NCBI GenBank assembly: GCA_041937185.1
Contig: CP166621.1
Span: 2,132,571-2,196,570 of the forward strand
Length of the DNA: 64,000 nt
DNA from: Leptolyngbya sp. BL-A-14
GTDB taxonomy: Bacteria; Cyanobacteriota; Cyanobacteriia; Leptolyngbyales; Leptolyngbyaceae
Reading direction: 5' to 3'
The notes under the pieces are model-generated. The model saw only the letters and a list, made by a program, of their open reading frames with translations. It made no database searches and was not told the origin of the DNA. The translations under genes and the position numbers were made by a program. Positions 49,917 to 58,523 of this stretch are shown piece by piece (position 1 is the first letter of the stretch; each line of letters starts with the position of its first letter).

Positions 49917-51506
49917 CTAAAAAACCTCCGGTGTAAAGCTCCCATGCAATCCATATGGCACATGGTGCTTCAGATGCAGACGGGCAACCGGGCCTCGGTG
50001 CAAATCTCGCGCATCCAGAATCACCACATCCGATCGCTCTTGAGCAGAATCATAAACCAGGGTGAGCAGCCAGCCATCATCCTCAGCTCCGACCATGTCC
50101 ACCGATGGCAGCCCATCTTTGAAAGCCGCAGACGCACGCGGTACGAAGATTGGTTCGCTGACATAGCCGTGGGGTGCTGCACTCCAGAGTTGATGCTCGC
50201 CTGTTTCAACATCGATCTTGGTGATCGCTTGCAGAGGTGCGTTTCCTTCCGGTGCATGAGCCGCACCCATGAAGACGTAGCGATGCGATCGACCCGCTTT
50301 CGCCGGATGCACGTAGGGGAACTCACAGCAACGGCTTTCTAGCAGTTCTCGCTGAACGGCTTGCGTTTTGAGATTGACCCGAAAGCGCCACAGTTGACCT
50401 GGAGACAGCGCTTCAAAATCCGTCTGGCGGAAGTCTGAGTCTGCCTCCACGGCTGGCAGCGCATCGTAGCAGACCGAATCGATCACAATTTCATCACCTT
50501 GCTCAAAGGCATTAGCATGGTGAAAAACAAACCCAGCATGGGTTTCAAAGGCTAAAGAATCAAGGCTAAAGGATGAGTCCTGATTTTTATCCTTTAGCGT
50601 TAAGCCTTCATCCTTTCCCGATCCGCCTTTAGCCTTTCTTGGAATGACCACAATCCGCGTTGGTTTGTCGGGGTTAAAGGTGATGCACTCACCAGGCCCC
50701 CGCTTACCCACAAGAAACGGCAGCGGATTGAAGCTCACTGGATTTTGGAAAAAGATGGCGCAGTTCGGCGTAATGGCAAAGTCATGAATAAACGCAAACC
50801 CAGGCGTTGCATGGGCATGTTTGCGCAACAGTTTGCCAGCGGGATCAAACTCAAACAGCGTAATGGTAGAAGAAAGTCCTGGCTTGATCGAGAAATTGAC
50901 CAGACAGGGTGCGCCATTGTCCTGATTGCAAGCCGGATCAATCCACGGATGCGCTGCAAACGCTTCCCCAGACTGCAATAAGCCTTCAAAATGCTCCAAT
51001 CCCACGGTTTCTAGAGTCCCAGGATCAAGACGATGAGGTTCAGCCGCTTCCCACAGAGCCAGCAGCTTTCCACCCCAGTAGAGAATATTAGTATTGGCAA
51101 TATTCTTGAGGCGAAAATCAAAGGCGTTTGCCAACCAGCCACCCGGTTTTTGGGTGCCAAACACACCACGGTAAAGGATGCGGCCTGCTGCTTGTTCCGC
51201 AAGATAGCCCTCTGTACGCACAAACCGATTACGAAAGTGGGCACGACCGTTGTCAAAGGCGATCGCGCAAATCATGCCATCGCCGTCAAACGGATGATGA
51301 ATTCTCTGCCCGTTCACATCCAACAACCCTGGGCCATTGCGGAATAAGGTGCCGTGCAGGTCTGGAGGAATTGTGCCCTCAATGTCGTCAATCCAGTAGT
51401 CAAATTCTTGTTTGAGAGAGTGATAGCCTTTCTGCCAGCCTTCGCGATCGTAGGAAAGCGTCGGCGGTACAGTTGAGGCGCGTTCGTTTAGCTGGAAGCT
51501 TTGCAT
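49917..51506 (-). CDS. Carotenoid cleavage oxygenase (apocarotenoid oxygenase family, RPE65 fold)
   Basis: 529 aa with conserved His ligands in propeller blades (e.g. FAAHPWIDP, FIHDFAITPN, VFHHANAFE). Contains an apparent in-frame repeat-derived insertion (see findings). Confidence 0.8.
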   Translation of the reverse strand: MQSFQLNERASTVPPTLSYDREGWQKGYHSLKQEFDYWIDDIEGTIPPDLHGTLFRNGPGLLDVNGQRIHHPFDGDGMICAIAFDNGRAHFRNRFVRTEGYLAEQAAGRILYRGVFGTQKPGGWLANAFDFRLKNIANTNILYWGGKLLALWEAAEPHRLDPGTLETVGLEHFEGLLQSGEAFAAHPWIDPACNQDNGAPCLVNFSIKPGLSSTITLFEFDPAGKLLRKHAHATPGFAFIHDFAITPNCAIFFQNPVSFNPLPFLVGKRGPGECITFNPDKPTRIVVIPRKAKGGSGKDEGLTLKDKNQDSSFSLDSLAFETHAGFVFHHANAFEQGDEIVIDSVCYDALPAVEADSDFRQTDFEALSPGQLWRFRVNLKTQAVQRELLESRCCEFPYVHPAKAGRSHRYVFMGAAHAPEGNAPLQAITKIDVETGEHQLWSAAPHGYVSEPIFVPRASAAFKDGLPSVDMVGAEDDGWLLTLVYDSAQERSDVVILDARDLHRGPVARLHLKHHVPYGLHGSFTPEVF

Positions 51507-51633
51507 AGAAACCAGAAAAGTTTTTGGTTGTTAGTTTTTGGTTGAAAAGGAATCAGGAGCCAAAATTCAGCGTTTGTTCATGTCCCTTGCTTTTAGCCTT
51601 TATCCTTCATCCCTTATCCCTCATCCCTTTCCC

Positions 51634-53130
51634 TTACTCTTCCCCCACAGGTTCGACTTGTCGTGGTTTGGGGATAAATTCAGTCATCAAATCAGGCAAA
51701 AACGGTTGGCCTAAATGTCTAGAAGCAGAGGAATCAGCTTCAATGACCGGGACGGGATGCAACGGTGAAGAGGCCGTATCAGAGACTTGTTCAGCACGAG
51801 GGAGCCAACCCAGAAACGGCAGCGGTAAAAGGGTCGAAAGATTGGTAATGACCACCAGGAGCGCTAAATTATTGAAGTTATGCTCAGTAATGCCCAACCA
51901 ATGCATTAAGAACGCGCCCGATTCGTAAGACAGTAGCCCAGCCAAGTTGACGACAGACATCAACAGCGCAAAAAAGGTCGCTTCAACGCCAGGTGGACAG
52001 AGCCGCGCCGCCAAGACCAGAATCGGCATGTAGGCAATCTGACCCATGACGGTCAAGATCAGGTTGTCACCGAGGCTAAACCAGCGATCGTCAATTCCCA
52101 ATGACCGGTTTGCATGGGTTACCAACAACAGAGTTGTCATCCCCAAAGCGGTAGAAATCACCGTAGACCAGCCAAAAATGACGCGGAACGGCACGGTCTT
52201 TAAAAAGCGCTGGAAAAACCAGATTCCCAGTAGCGATGCCAGGCTTGTGACCAACCGTACTCGCCCTAAGAACTCCGGTTCAAACCCTAATTCGTTTGTG
52301 GTGAAGAAAAAGAAGGCAGATTCAGCCGTTGGCATCGCTTGCCAGAGAAAGAGAAACGCCGTTGGCATCCAGATCGATTTCTGACTCACAGCCTGACGGA
52401 GTTGCCCAAATTGCTCACACACCAGCGACCAATTCATCCGCTCTGACACACGCGTTTCAGTAATGAGCCATGCCACGAGGGAAACGATCAGAGGAAAAGT
52501 CGCCGTAATCGCGAAAACCGTCTGAGTGCTGAAATGTTGCAACAGCGAGCCGCTGAAATAGGCCGTCAGGATTCCTCCTAATGCTGATGCGCCCCAACAA
52601 AGGGATTGCAGCGAGCCCGACTTCCCTAGCGACTCACCCCGCGCCCGTTCAACGACTAACGAATCCACAATCACATCGCTAAAGGCGACGGAAAGGGAAC
52701 CCAACGCGATCGCCATCGTTGCTGCCCATGCAGAGTGCACGATCGTCGCTAAAGCTAACCAGGACATCACTCCCAGTAAGCCTGACAGGATTAAGTAGGG
52801 TCGTCGCCGATAGCCAAGAATCGGTAAGCCATCTGAGATAAAGCCAAATAATGGCTTCACCATCCAGGGCAGTGCTGCTACCCCAACGAGTGCCGACACT
52901 TCAGCCGGACTCAGACCCAGGTCGTCTTTCAGGAAGAAGCTGATCGCCAATCGCGCTAGACCTAAAATGCCTTGCACGAAATACACCAGTAAGATGGCGA
53001 TTAATTCGGCACTGGGCTCGTTACCAAAAAAAATCTTTTCGATTAACGACGCTTTCAGTCTGGTCAAACCAGTTGTGGAAACAATCATTGATAATTTGTT
53101 ACAAACGTTTATCAATTCAGCCACTATCAT
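51634..53130 (-). CDS. Folate-biopterin transporter (BT1 family, MFS superfamily)
   Basis: 498 aa with about 12 predicted transmembrane helices. The BT1 family hallmark LPWMVKPLFGFISDGLPILGYRRRPY is present. Confidence 0.75.
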   Translation of the reverse strand: MIVAELINVCNKLSMIVSTTGLTRLKASLIEKIFFGNEPSAELIAILLVYFVQGILGLARLAISFFLKDDLGLSPAEVSALVGVAALPWMVKPLFGFISDGLPILGYRRRPYLILSGLLGVMSWLALATIVHSAWAATMAIALGSLSVAFSDVIVDSLVVERARGESLGKSGSLQSLCWGASALGGILTAYFSGSLLQHFSTQTVFAITATFPLIVSLVAWLITETRVSERMNWSLVCEQFGQLRQAVSQKSIWMPTAFLFLWQAMPTAESAFFFFTTNELGFEPEFLGRVRLVTSLASLLGIWFFQRFLKTVPFRVIFGWSTVISTALGMTTLLLVTHANRSLGIDDRWFSLGDNLILTVMGQIAYMPILVLAARLCPPGVEATFFALLMSVVNLAGLLSYESGAFLMHWLGITEHNFNNLALLVVITNLSTLLPLPFLGWLPRAEQVSDTASSPLHPVPVIEADSSASRHLGQPFLPDLMTEFIPKPRQVEPVGEE

Positions 53131-53530
53131 AACGCTTGATTACGGGAGAGGCACGTTTGCTCTTTTCAGGCTGCCCTTTTTTAGTTCCCGTTGATACAAA
53201 TCCCTCTTGACCGTCATTAGCCTAACTTACAAGGTAATCAGCAAACACCCTTAGAAGCCCCACCAGTAAAGCTTCTCTTCAGACGAAAACAAAATCCGAA
53301 GAAATGTAAACAATGGGAGCGATCGTTACATTTATGTAAGCAACATTTGACAAACGCGATAGCAGTTAAGCGGTTGGTACGCATCACAGTTTGTGTCGTT
53401 ATCCCAGCCAATGAGTTATGAGACGGGAATGAGTATGAGTCAGGATTGTTAGCTGTGATTAAACTTACGCCCCTGCAAGTTGATCACGCCCCCCAAACGC
53501 TGAACTTCATTGCTCAAACGATACGCAGCG

Positions 53531-54076
53531 TCACTCACCGCTTTGGCTCACCCGCAAACAGGTACATTTTTCTAAAAACGATGTGGCTTTACGCTCTGCA
53601 TCAGGATTGTGCAGATGAGCAGGAGTGGGACGAATGATGCCATTGAAGAGATCCTCCAGACCGTACGGTGTGAAATAGCGCCACTTTCCTTGCGCATCAC
53701 AGCATACGCCAACCGCCGTGGCTGTATGGAGCCAGTCGGCAATGCCATCCTCAGCGCTGCTGTAGGGTCTGCGACCGGAACGCCACTGGGCAAAGCTGGC
53801 TTGATTTTTGACATCAAACACATAGTCAGGAAATTGAGCGTTGAGGGTTGCTTTAGCGCTTAGTTCTTGATCACGATTACCGCTTGCATCAAAAAACGCC
53901 AGATCAAAATCGTTGATCGTCAACGCACAGTCGTTAAAGAGCGCTCGCCAAACTGTATTGCGTACAGCGCCACCTGCCAACCACCAATCAGGGAGATTGA
54001 GCTGAGCCATTGCTGGCAGTACGGTACCAACAGGGGATGCTGCAAGGATTTGGTGGAGGCGATCGCTCAATGCCAT
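53531..54076 (-). CDS. Nucleotidyltransferase-fold family protein (unknown function), divergent from nirA
   Basis: 181 aa. WWLAGGAVRNTVW...DFDLAFFD is the G[GS] and DxD pattern of a minimal nucleotidyltransferase fold. Confidence 0.5.
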   Translation of the reverse strand: MALSDRLHQILAASPVGTVLPAMAQLNLPDWWLAGGAVRNTVWRALFNDCALTINDFDLAFFDASGNRDQELSAKATLNAQFPDYVFDVKNQASFAQWRSGRRPYSSAEDGIADWLHTATAVGVCCDAQGKWRYFTPYGLEDLFNGIIRPTPAHLHNPDAERKATSFLEKCTCLRVSQSGE

Positions 54077-54246
54077 AGCATTAACATCCCATGAGTCTTA
54101 TGTGAAGAGACACCGTTGTATCAATGTAATCCCTTCAAGCCACGATCTGCGGTAGGGAGGTTCATGGAATGTTCCTACCGCTTCAATTACCGAAATGCTA
54201 AAACCGCATCTATTCGATGCAGAAAATTCATAAGTAGAAATAATTT

Positions 54247-54288
54247 GTGACCAAAGATACGAATTTTTGTGAACAGCCAGCTTACGTT
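54247..54288 (+). promoter_or_regulatory. NtcA-type (class II CRP-like) activated promoter for nirA: NtcA box GTGACCAAAGATAC, then 22 nt, then -10 box TACGTT
   Basis: GT-N10-AC palindromic arms at 54247-54260 (consensus GTA-N8-TAC; here GTG-N8-TAC). The TAN3T box is at 54283-54288 with the canonical 22-nt spacing, about 135 nt upstream of the nirA ATG. Confidence 0.6.
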
Positions 54289-54423
54289 AACTTCAACAAC
54301 GTAATGCGGTCGGCATTCGTTGAGGTTGAACAGATTTGGTTGACGCTGAACAGTCTTTCGCGTCCCTAGCTGATTTCATATTCACAAGCATAGCTTGAAG
54401 TGCAGACCCAAGGGGCAAGTCCT

Positions 54424-55974
54424 ATGACCAGCACAGTGCCAGCAACGAGTCTGAATAAATTTGAAAAGCTGAAAGCTGAAAAAGATGGTTTAGCCGTCAA
54501 GGCGGAGCTAGAGCATTTTGCTCAAGTTGGTTGGGAAGCGATGGATGAGACCGATCGCGACCATCGCTTGAAATGGATGGGTGTCTTTTTTCGTCCGGTG
54601 ACTCCTGGCAAGTTTATGATGCGACTGCGGTTGCCCTGTGGCATCATCACGAGTGCTCAAATGCGCGTGCTGGCAGAAGTAGTGCAGCGCTATGGTGATG
54701 ATGGTAATGCCGATATTACGACACGTCAAAACTTGCAGCTACGGGGCATTCGTATTGAAGATGTGCCCAATATTTTTCGCCGACTGGAATCAGTAGGGTT
54801 GACCAGCATCCAGTCTGGGATGGATAACGTGCGCAATATTACGGGATCACCTGTAGCAGGTATTGATGCCGATGAATTGATCGATACCCGCGATTTAATT
54901 CGTCAGGTGCAAGACCTGATTACCAACAAAGGACAGGGTAATCCAACCTTTTCCAACTTGCCGCGTAAATTCAATATTGCGATCGCGGGCTGCCGCGACA
55001 ACTCCGTCCACGCCGAAATTAACGATATTGCCTTTGTCCCTGCTTACAAAGATGGCGAGCTAGGCTTCAACGTGTTGGTTGGCGGTTTCTTTTCGGGTAA
55101 ACGATGTGAAGCCGCAATTCCCCTCAATGTCTGGGTTGCACCTGATCAGGTCGTTGCCCTTTGTCAAGCCATCCTGCTTGTTTACCGTGACCACGGTCTG
55201 CGAGCCAATCGCCAAAAAGCGCGTCTCATGTGGCTTATTGATGAGTGGGGCGTGGAAAAACTGCGTACCGCTGTCGAAACCCAAATGGGGCAAACGTTGC
55301 AAAGCGAGGCCGAAAAAGATGAGATTCTTTGGGAAAAGCGTGATCACATCGGTGTGTATGCCCAGAAGCAGCCAGGGTTGAACTATGTCGGGCTCCATGT
55401 GCCGATCGGTCGCCTCTTTGCCGCCGATATGTTTGACCTGGCGCGGTTGGCTGAAGTGTATGGCAGTGGCGAAATTCGACTCACGGTGGAGCAGAACGTG
55501 ATTCTTCCAAACGTGCCTGACTCTCGTCTGGAGACACTTCTGGAAGAACCGCTCCTTACAAAATTCTCCATCAAGCCAGCAGCGCTCTTACGATCGCTCG
55601 TTTCCTGCACAGGTAGCCAGTTTTGCAATTTCGCGCTGATTGAAACCAAAAATCGTGCGCTGGCGTTAATTAGCGAACTGGAAGCCGAACTTGAGACGCC
55701 AAAAGCGGTTCGGATTCATTGGACAGGTTGCCCCAACTCCTGTGGTCAGCCGCAGGTTGCCGACATTGGCTTGATGGGGACAAAGGTCCGTAAGGATGGG
55801 AAAACCGTTGAAGGCGTGGATATCTACATGGGTGGCAAAGTCGGCAAAGATGCTGTGCTTGGCACCTGTGTCACGAAAGGTATCCCGTGTAGCGATCTCA
55901 AACCCGTACTCCGGGATTTGTTGGTGCAGCACTTTGACGCCAAACCACGCCAGCAAGCGGTTGTTGGGAGCTAA
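54424..55974 (+). CDS. nirA: Ferredoxin-nitrite reductase
   Basis: 516 aa from the ATG at 54424. Sirohaem/4Fe-4S Cys cluster motifs (CTGSQFCNFALIETK...; TGCPNSCGQ). First gene of the nirA-nrtABCD-narB operon. Confidence 0.9.
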   Translation: MTSTVPATSLNKFEKLKAEKDGLAVKAELEHFAQVGWEAMDETDRDHRLKWMGVFFRPVTPGKFMMRLRLPCGIITSAQMRVLAEVVQRYGDDGNADITTRQNLQLRGIRIEDVPNIFRRLESVGLTSIQSGMDNVRNITGSPVAGIDADELIDTRDLIRQVQDLITNKGQGNPTFSNLPRKFNIAIAGCRDNSVHAEINDIAFVPAYKDGELGFNVLVGGFFSGKRCEAAIPLNVWVAPDQVVALCQAILLVYRDHGLRANRQKARLMWLIDEWGVEKLRTAVETQMGQTLQSEAEKDEILWEKRDHIGVYAQKQPGLNYVGLHVPIGRLFAADMFDLARLAEVYGSGEIRLTVEQNVILPNVPDSRLETLLEEPLLTKFSIKPAALLRSLVSCTGSQFCNFALIETKNRALALISELEAELETPKAVRIHWTGCPNSCGQPQVADIGLMGTKVRKDGKTVEGVDIYMGGKVGKDAVLGTCVTKGIPCSDLKPVLRDLLVQHFDAKPRQQAVVGS

Positions 55975-56124
55975 GCTTTCGGTTCTGCGTGTTTCCCGAT
56001 CGAGCAGTCGTGAAGGCAGCATCAGTGCAGCGTGGCTGCATGCAGATAGCACTATGTGAATTTAGAGACAACCCTGAGTTCATTTACAACAGTTCATTTA
56101 CGAACAGATCATTTAGGAGCATTG

Positions 56125-57447
56125 ATGATGGCCCGGTTCTCAAGACGAAAGTTCATTCTCACCACCAGCGCAACAGCAGCAACAGCCCTCTTTGTGAATG
56201 GCTGCAAATCGTCCAAATCAGCCAAAAGCGAAAGTTCGCCCAGTGCTGTTCCAGCGGTCAATGTTAACGCCGCCGATGCGCCTGAAGTGACCACTGCAAA
56301 ATTAGGCTTCATTGCGCTGACTGACTCTGCACCACTCATCATTGCCAAAGAAAAGGGCTATTTTGAAAAATACGGCATGAAGGATGTCGAGGTCGTTAAG
56401 CAAGCATCCTGGCCTGTCACTCGCGATAATTTAGTGCTGGGTTCTGCTGGCGGCGGGATTGATGGTGCACATATTTTGTCTCCCATGCCCTACCTGATCT
56501 CGGCAGGCACCGTCACCAAGGGCAATAAAGTACCCATGTACATCCTGGCGCGCCTTAATGTTGATGGTCAGTGTATCTCTGTTGCCAATACCTACAAAGA
56601 CATCAAGCTGGGCTTAGACAGCGCTCCCCTCAAAGACGCCTTCTCAAAAGCTAAGTCTACGGGTAAAGAAATTAAAGCCGCAATTACGTTTCCTGGTGGC
56701 ACTCACGATTTGTGGATGCGTTACTGGCTGGCAGCGGGTGGCATCAACCCAGACAAAGATATTTCCACCATTCCGGTGCCTCCGCCTCAAATGGTCGCCA
56801 ATATGAAGGTTGGCAATATGGAAGCCTTCTGTGTAGGTGAACCCTGGAACGCTCAATTAGTTAACCAGGGCCTGGGTTTCACAGCCTTTACAACGGGAGA
56901 GCTTTGGAACAATCACCCCGAAAAAGCCTTTAGTATGCGCGCCGATTGGGTTGATAAGCACCCCAAAGCGGCTAAAGCTCTCCTCATGGCAGTACAGGAA
57001 GCCCAGGTGTGGTGCGACAAGATGGAAAACAAAGAGGAAATGTGCAAAATCATCTCCAAGCGGGAGTGGTTTAAGGTGCCCGAAAAAGACATTGTGGAGC
57101 GGGCAAAAGGGAAGTTTGACTACGGCAACGGTAAGGTCGTTGAAAATAGCCCTCACCTGATGAAGTTCTGGGCTGAGAATGCCTCCTACCCTTACAAGAG
57201 TCACGATCTCTGGTTCTTGACTGAAGATATTCGCTGGGGTTATTTGCCTGCGGATACTGACACCAAAAAGCTAGTCGATGCTGTCAACCGCGAAGATTTG
57301 TGGAAAGAAGCGGCGAAGGCGATCGGGCAAGAAGCCATGATTCCCAAGAGTACATCACGCGGTGTGGAAACTTTCTTTGATGGCGTCAAGTTCGATCCAG
57401 AGAACCCTAGTGCGTACTTGAAGAGCCTCAAAATCAAAAAGGCATAG
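56125..57447 (+). CDS. nrtA: Nitrate/nitrite ABC transporter periplasmic substrate-binding lipoprotein
   Basis: Start at MMARFSRRKFILTTSATAATALFVNGC (Tat-like RRKF plus lipobox), with an AGGAG Shine-Dalgarno 6 nt upstream. The ORF-track GTG start at 56056 is less likely. Confidence 0.9.
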   Translation: MMARFSRRKFILTTSATAATALFVNGCKSSKSAKSESSPSAVPAVNVNAADAPEVTTAKLGFIALTDSAPLIIAKEKGYFEKYGMKDVEVVKQASWPVTRDNLVLGSAGGGIDGAHILSPMPYLISAGTVTKGNKVPMYILARLNVDGQCISVANTYKDIKLGLDSAPLKDAFSKAKSTGKEIKAAITFPGGTHDLWMRYWLAAGGINPDKDISTIPVPPPQMVANMKVGNMEAFCVGEPWNAQLVNQGLGFTAFTTGELWNNHPEKAFSMRADWVDKHPKAAKALLMAVQEAQVWCDKMENKEEMCKIISKREWFKVPEKDIVERAKGKFDYGNGKVVENSPHLMKFWAENASYPYKSHDLWFLTEDIRWGYLPADTDTKKLVDAVNREDLWKEAAKAIGQEAMIPKSTSRGVETFFDGVKFDPENPSAYLKSLKIKKA

Positions 57448-57514
57448 AGGGAGGATTGTCAGCCGTTGCCGTGGACAGTGCAAAGCTGGAACGGCTTTCA
57501 AGCGATTCACGGCA

Positions 57515-58423
57515 ATGGTACCGCTCATTCTGATTCTTCCATCGCAAACCTTGTCACATCACCTGGAGTCACCCCGGAACATGGTAACAAGATTAAACAT
57601 TGGTCATTCCACCATTGGTTATCCTCAACGCATCATTACGCTTGTTGGTAAGCAGGCAAAGACTTTAGTCCCAGCCGCGATCGCGCTGGCATTGTTTCTG
57701 GCTGTGTGGCAACTTCTAACAGCCCATCAGGGTGCCAGTTTGCCCAGCCCACTTAAAGTCTTAGAAGACACCTGGGATCCGTTAGTTATCGATCCGTTTT
57801 TTGATAGCGGTGGTACGGATGTCGGACTGTTCTGGCAGTTACTTGCCAGCTTGAAACGGGTGGCGATCGGCTACACCTTGGCAGCCGTGGTTGGCATTAG
57901 CGTTGGCATTCTGACCGGATCCATTGCACTGCTATTTCGTGCAGTTGATCCCATCTTTCAAGTATTGCGGACGATCCCACCACTGGCGTGGCTACCGATT
58001 TCGCTGGCAGCCTTTCAGCAGGCAAACCCATCGGCGATTTTCGTCATTTTCATTACGGCAATTTGGCCGATCATCATCAATACGGCTGTTGGCGTTCAGC
58101 AAATTCCTCAGGACTACACCAACGTCGCCAGAGTGCTTCAGCTCTCGAAAGTAGAATACTTCACCAAAATCTTGTTCCCCGCAACCGTGCCCTACATTTT
58201 CACAGGGTTAAAAATTGCGGTGGGTCTATCCTGGTTGGCGATCGTCGCGGCTGAAATGCTCACAGGCGGCGTTGGTATTGGCTTTTTCATCTGGGATTCC
58301 TACAACAGCGGCAACCTGAGTGAAGTGATTCTGGCCGTCATCTACGTCGGTATTGTGGGTCTGCTGCTGGATAAGTTGATTACGTTCATTTCCTCTCTGG
58401 TTGTTTCTGGAGAGCAGAAATAG
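57515..58423 (+). CDS. nrtB: Nitrate ABC transporter permease
   Basis: 302 aa with ABC type-1 transmembrane-domain helices. The EAA-like loop region is present. The alternative start at 57581 (MVTRLNIG) is possible. Confidence 0.85.
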   Translation: MVPLILILPSQTLSHHLESPRNMVTRLNIGHSTIGYPQRIITLVGKQAKTLVPAAIALALFLAVWQLLTAHQGASLPSPLKVLEDTWDPLVIDPFFDSGGTDVGLFWQLLASLKRVAIGYTLAAVVGISVGILTGSIALLFRAVDPIFQVLRTIPPLAWLPISLAAFQQANPSAIFVIFITAIWPIIINTAVGVQQIPQDYTNVARVLQLSKVEYFTKILFPATVPYIFTGLKIAVGLSWLAIVAAEMLTGGVGIGFFIWDSYNSGNLSEVILAVIYVGIVGLLLDKLITFISSLVVSGEQK

Positions 58424-58523
58424 GCTGTTCGATCGTCAAGAATGGTGACCACCCTGATCCGCTTTGCTGATTCTGTCGTGTTTGCTGCCTTGGTTTTGTA
58501 CCCCTTCACCTTTTCTAGTTGCC

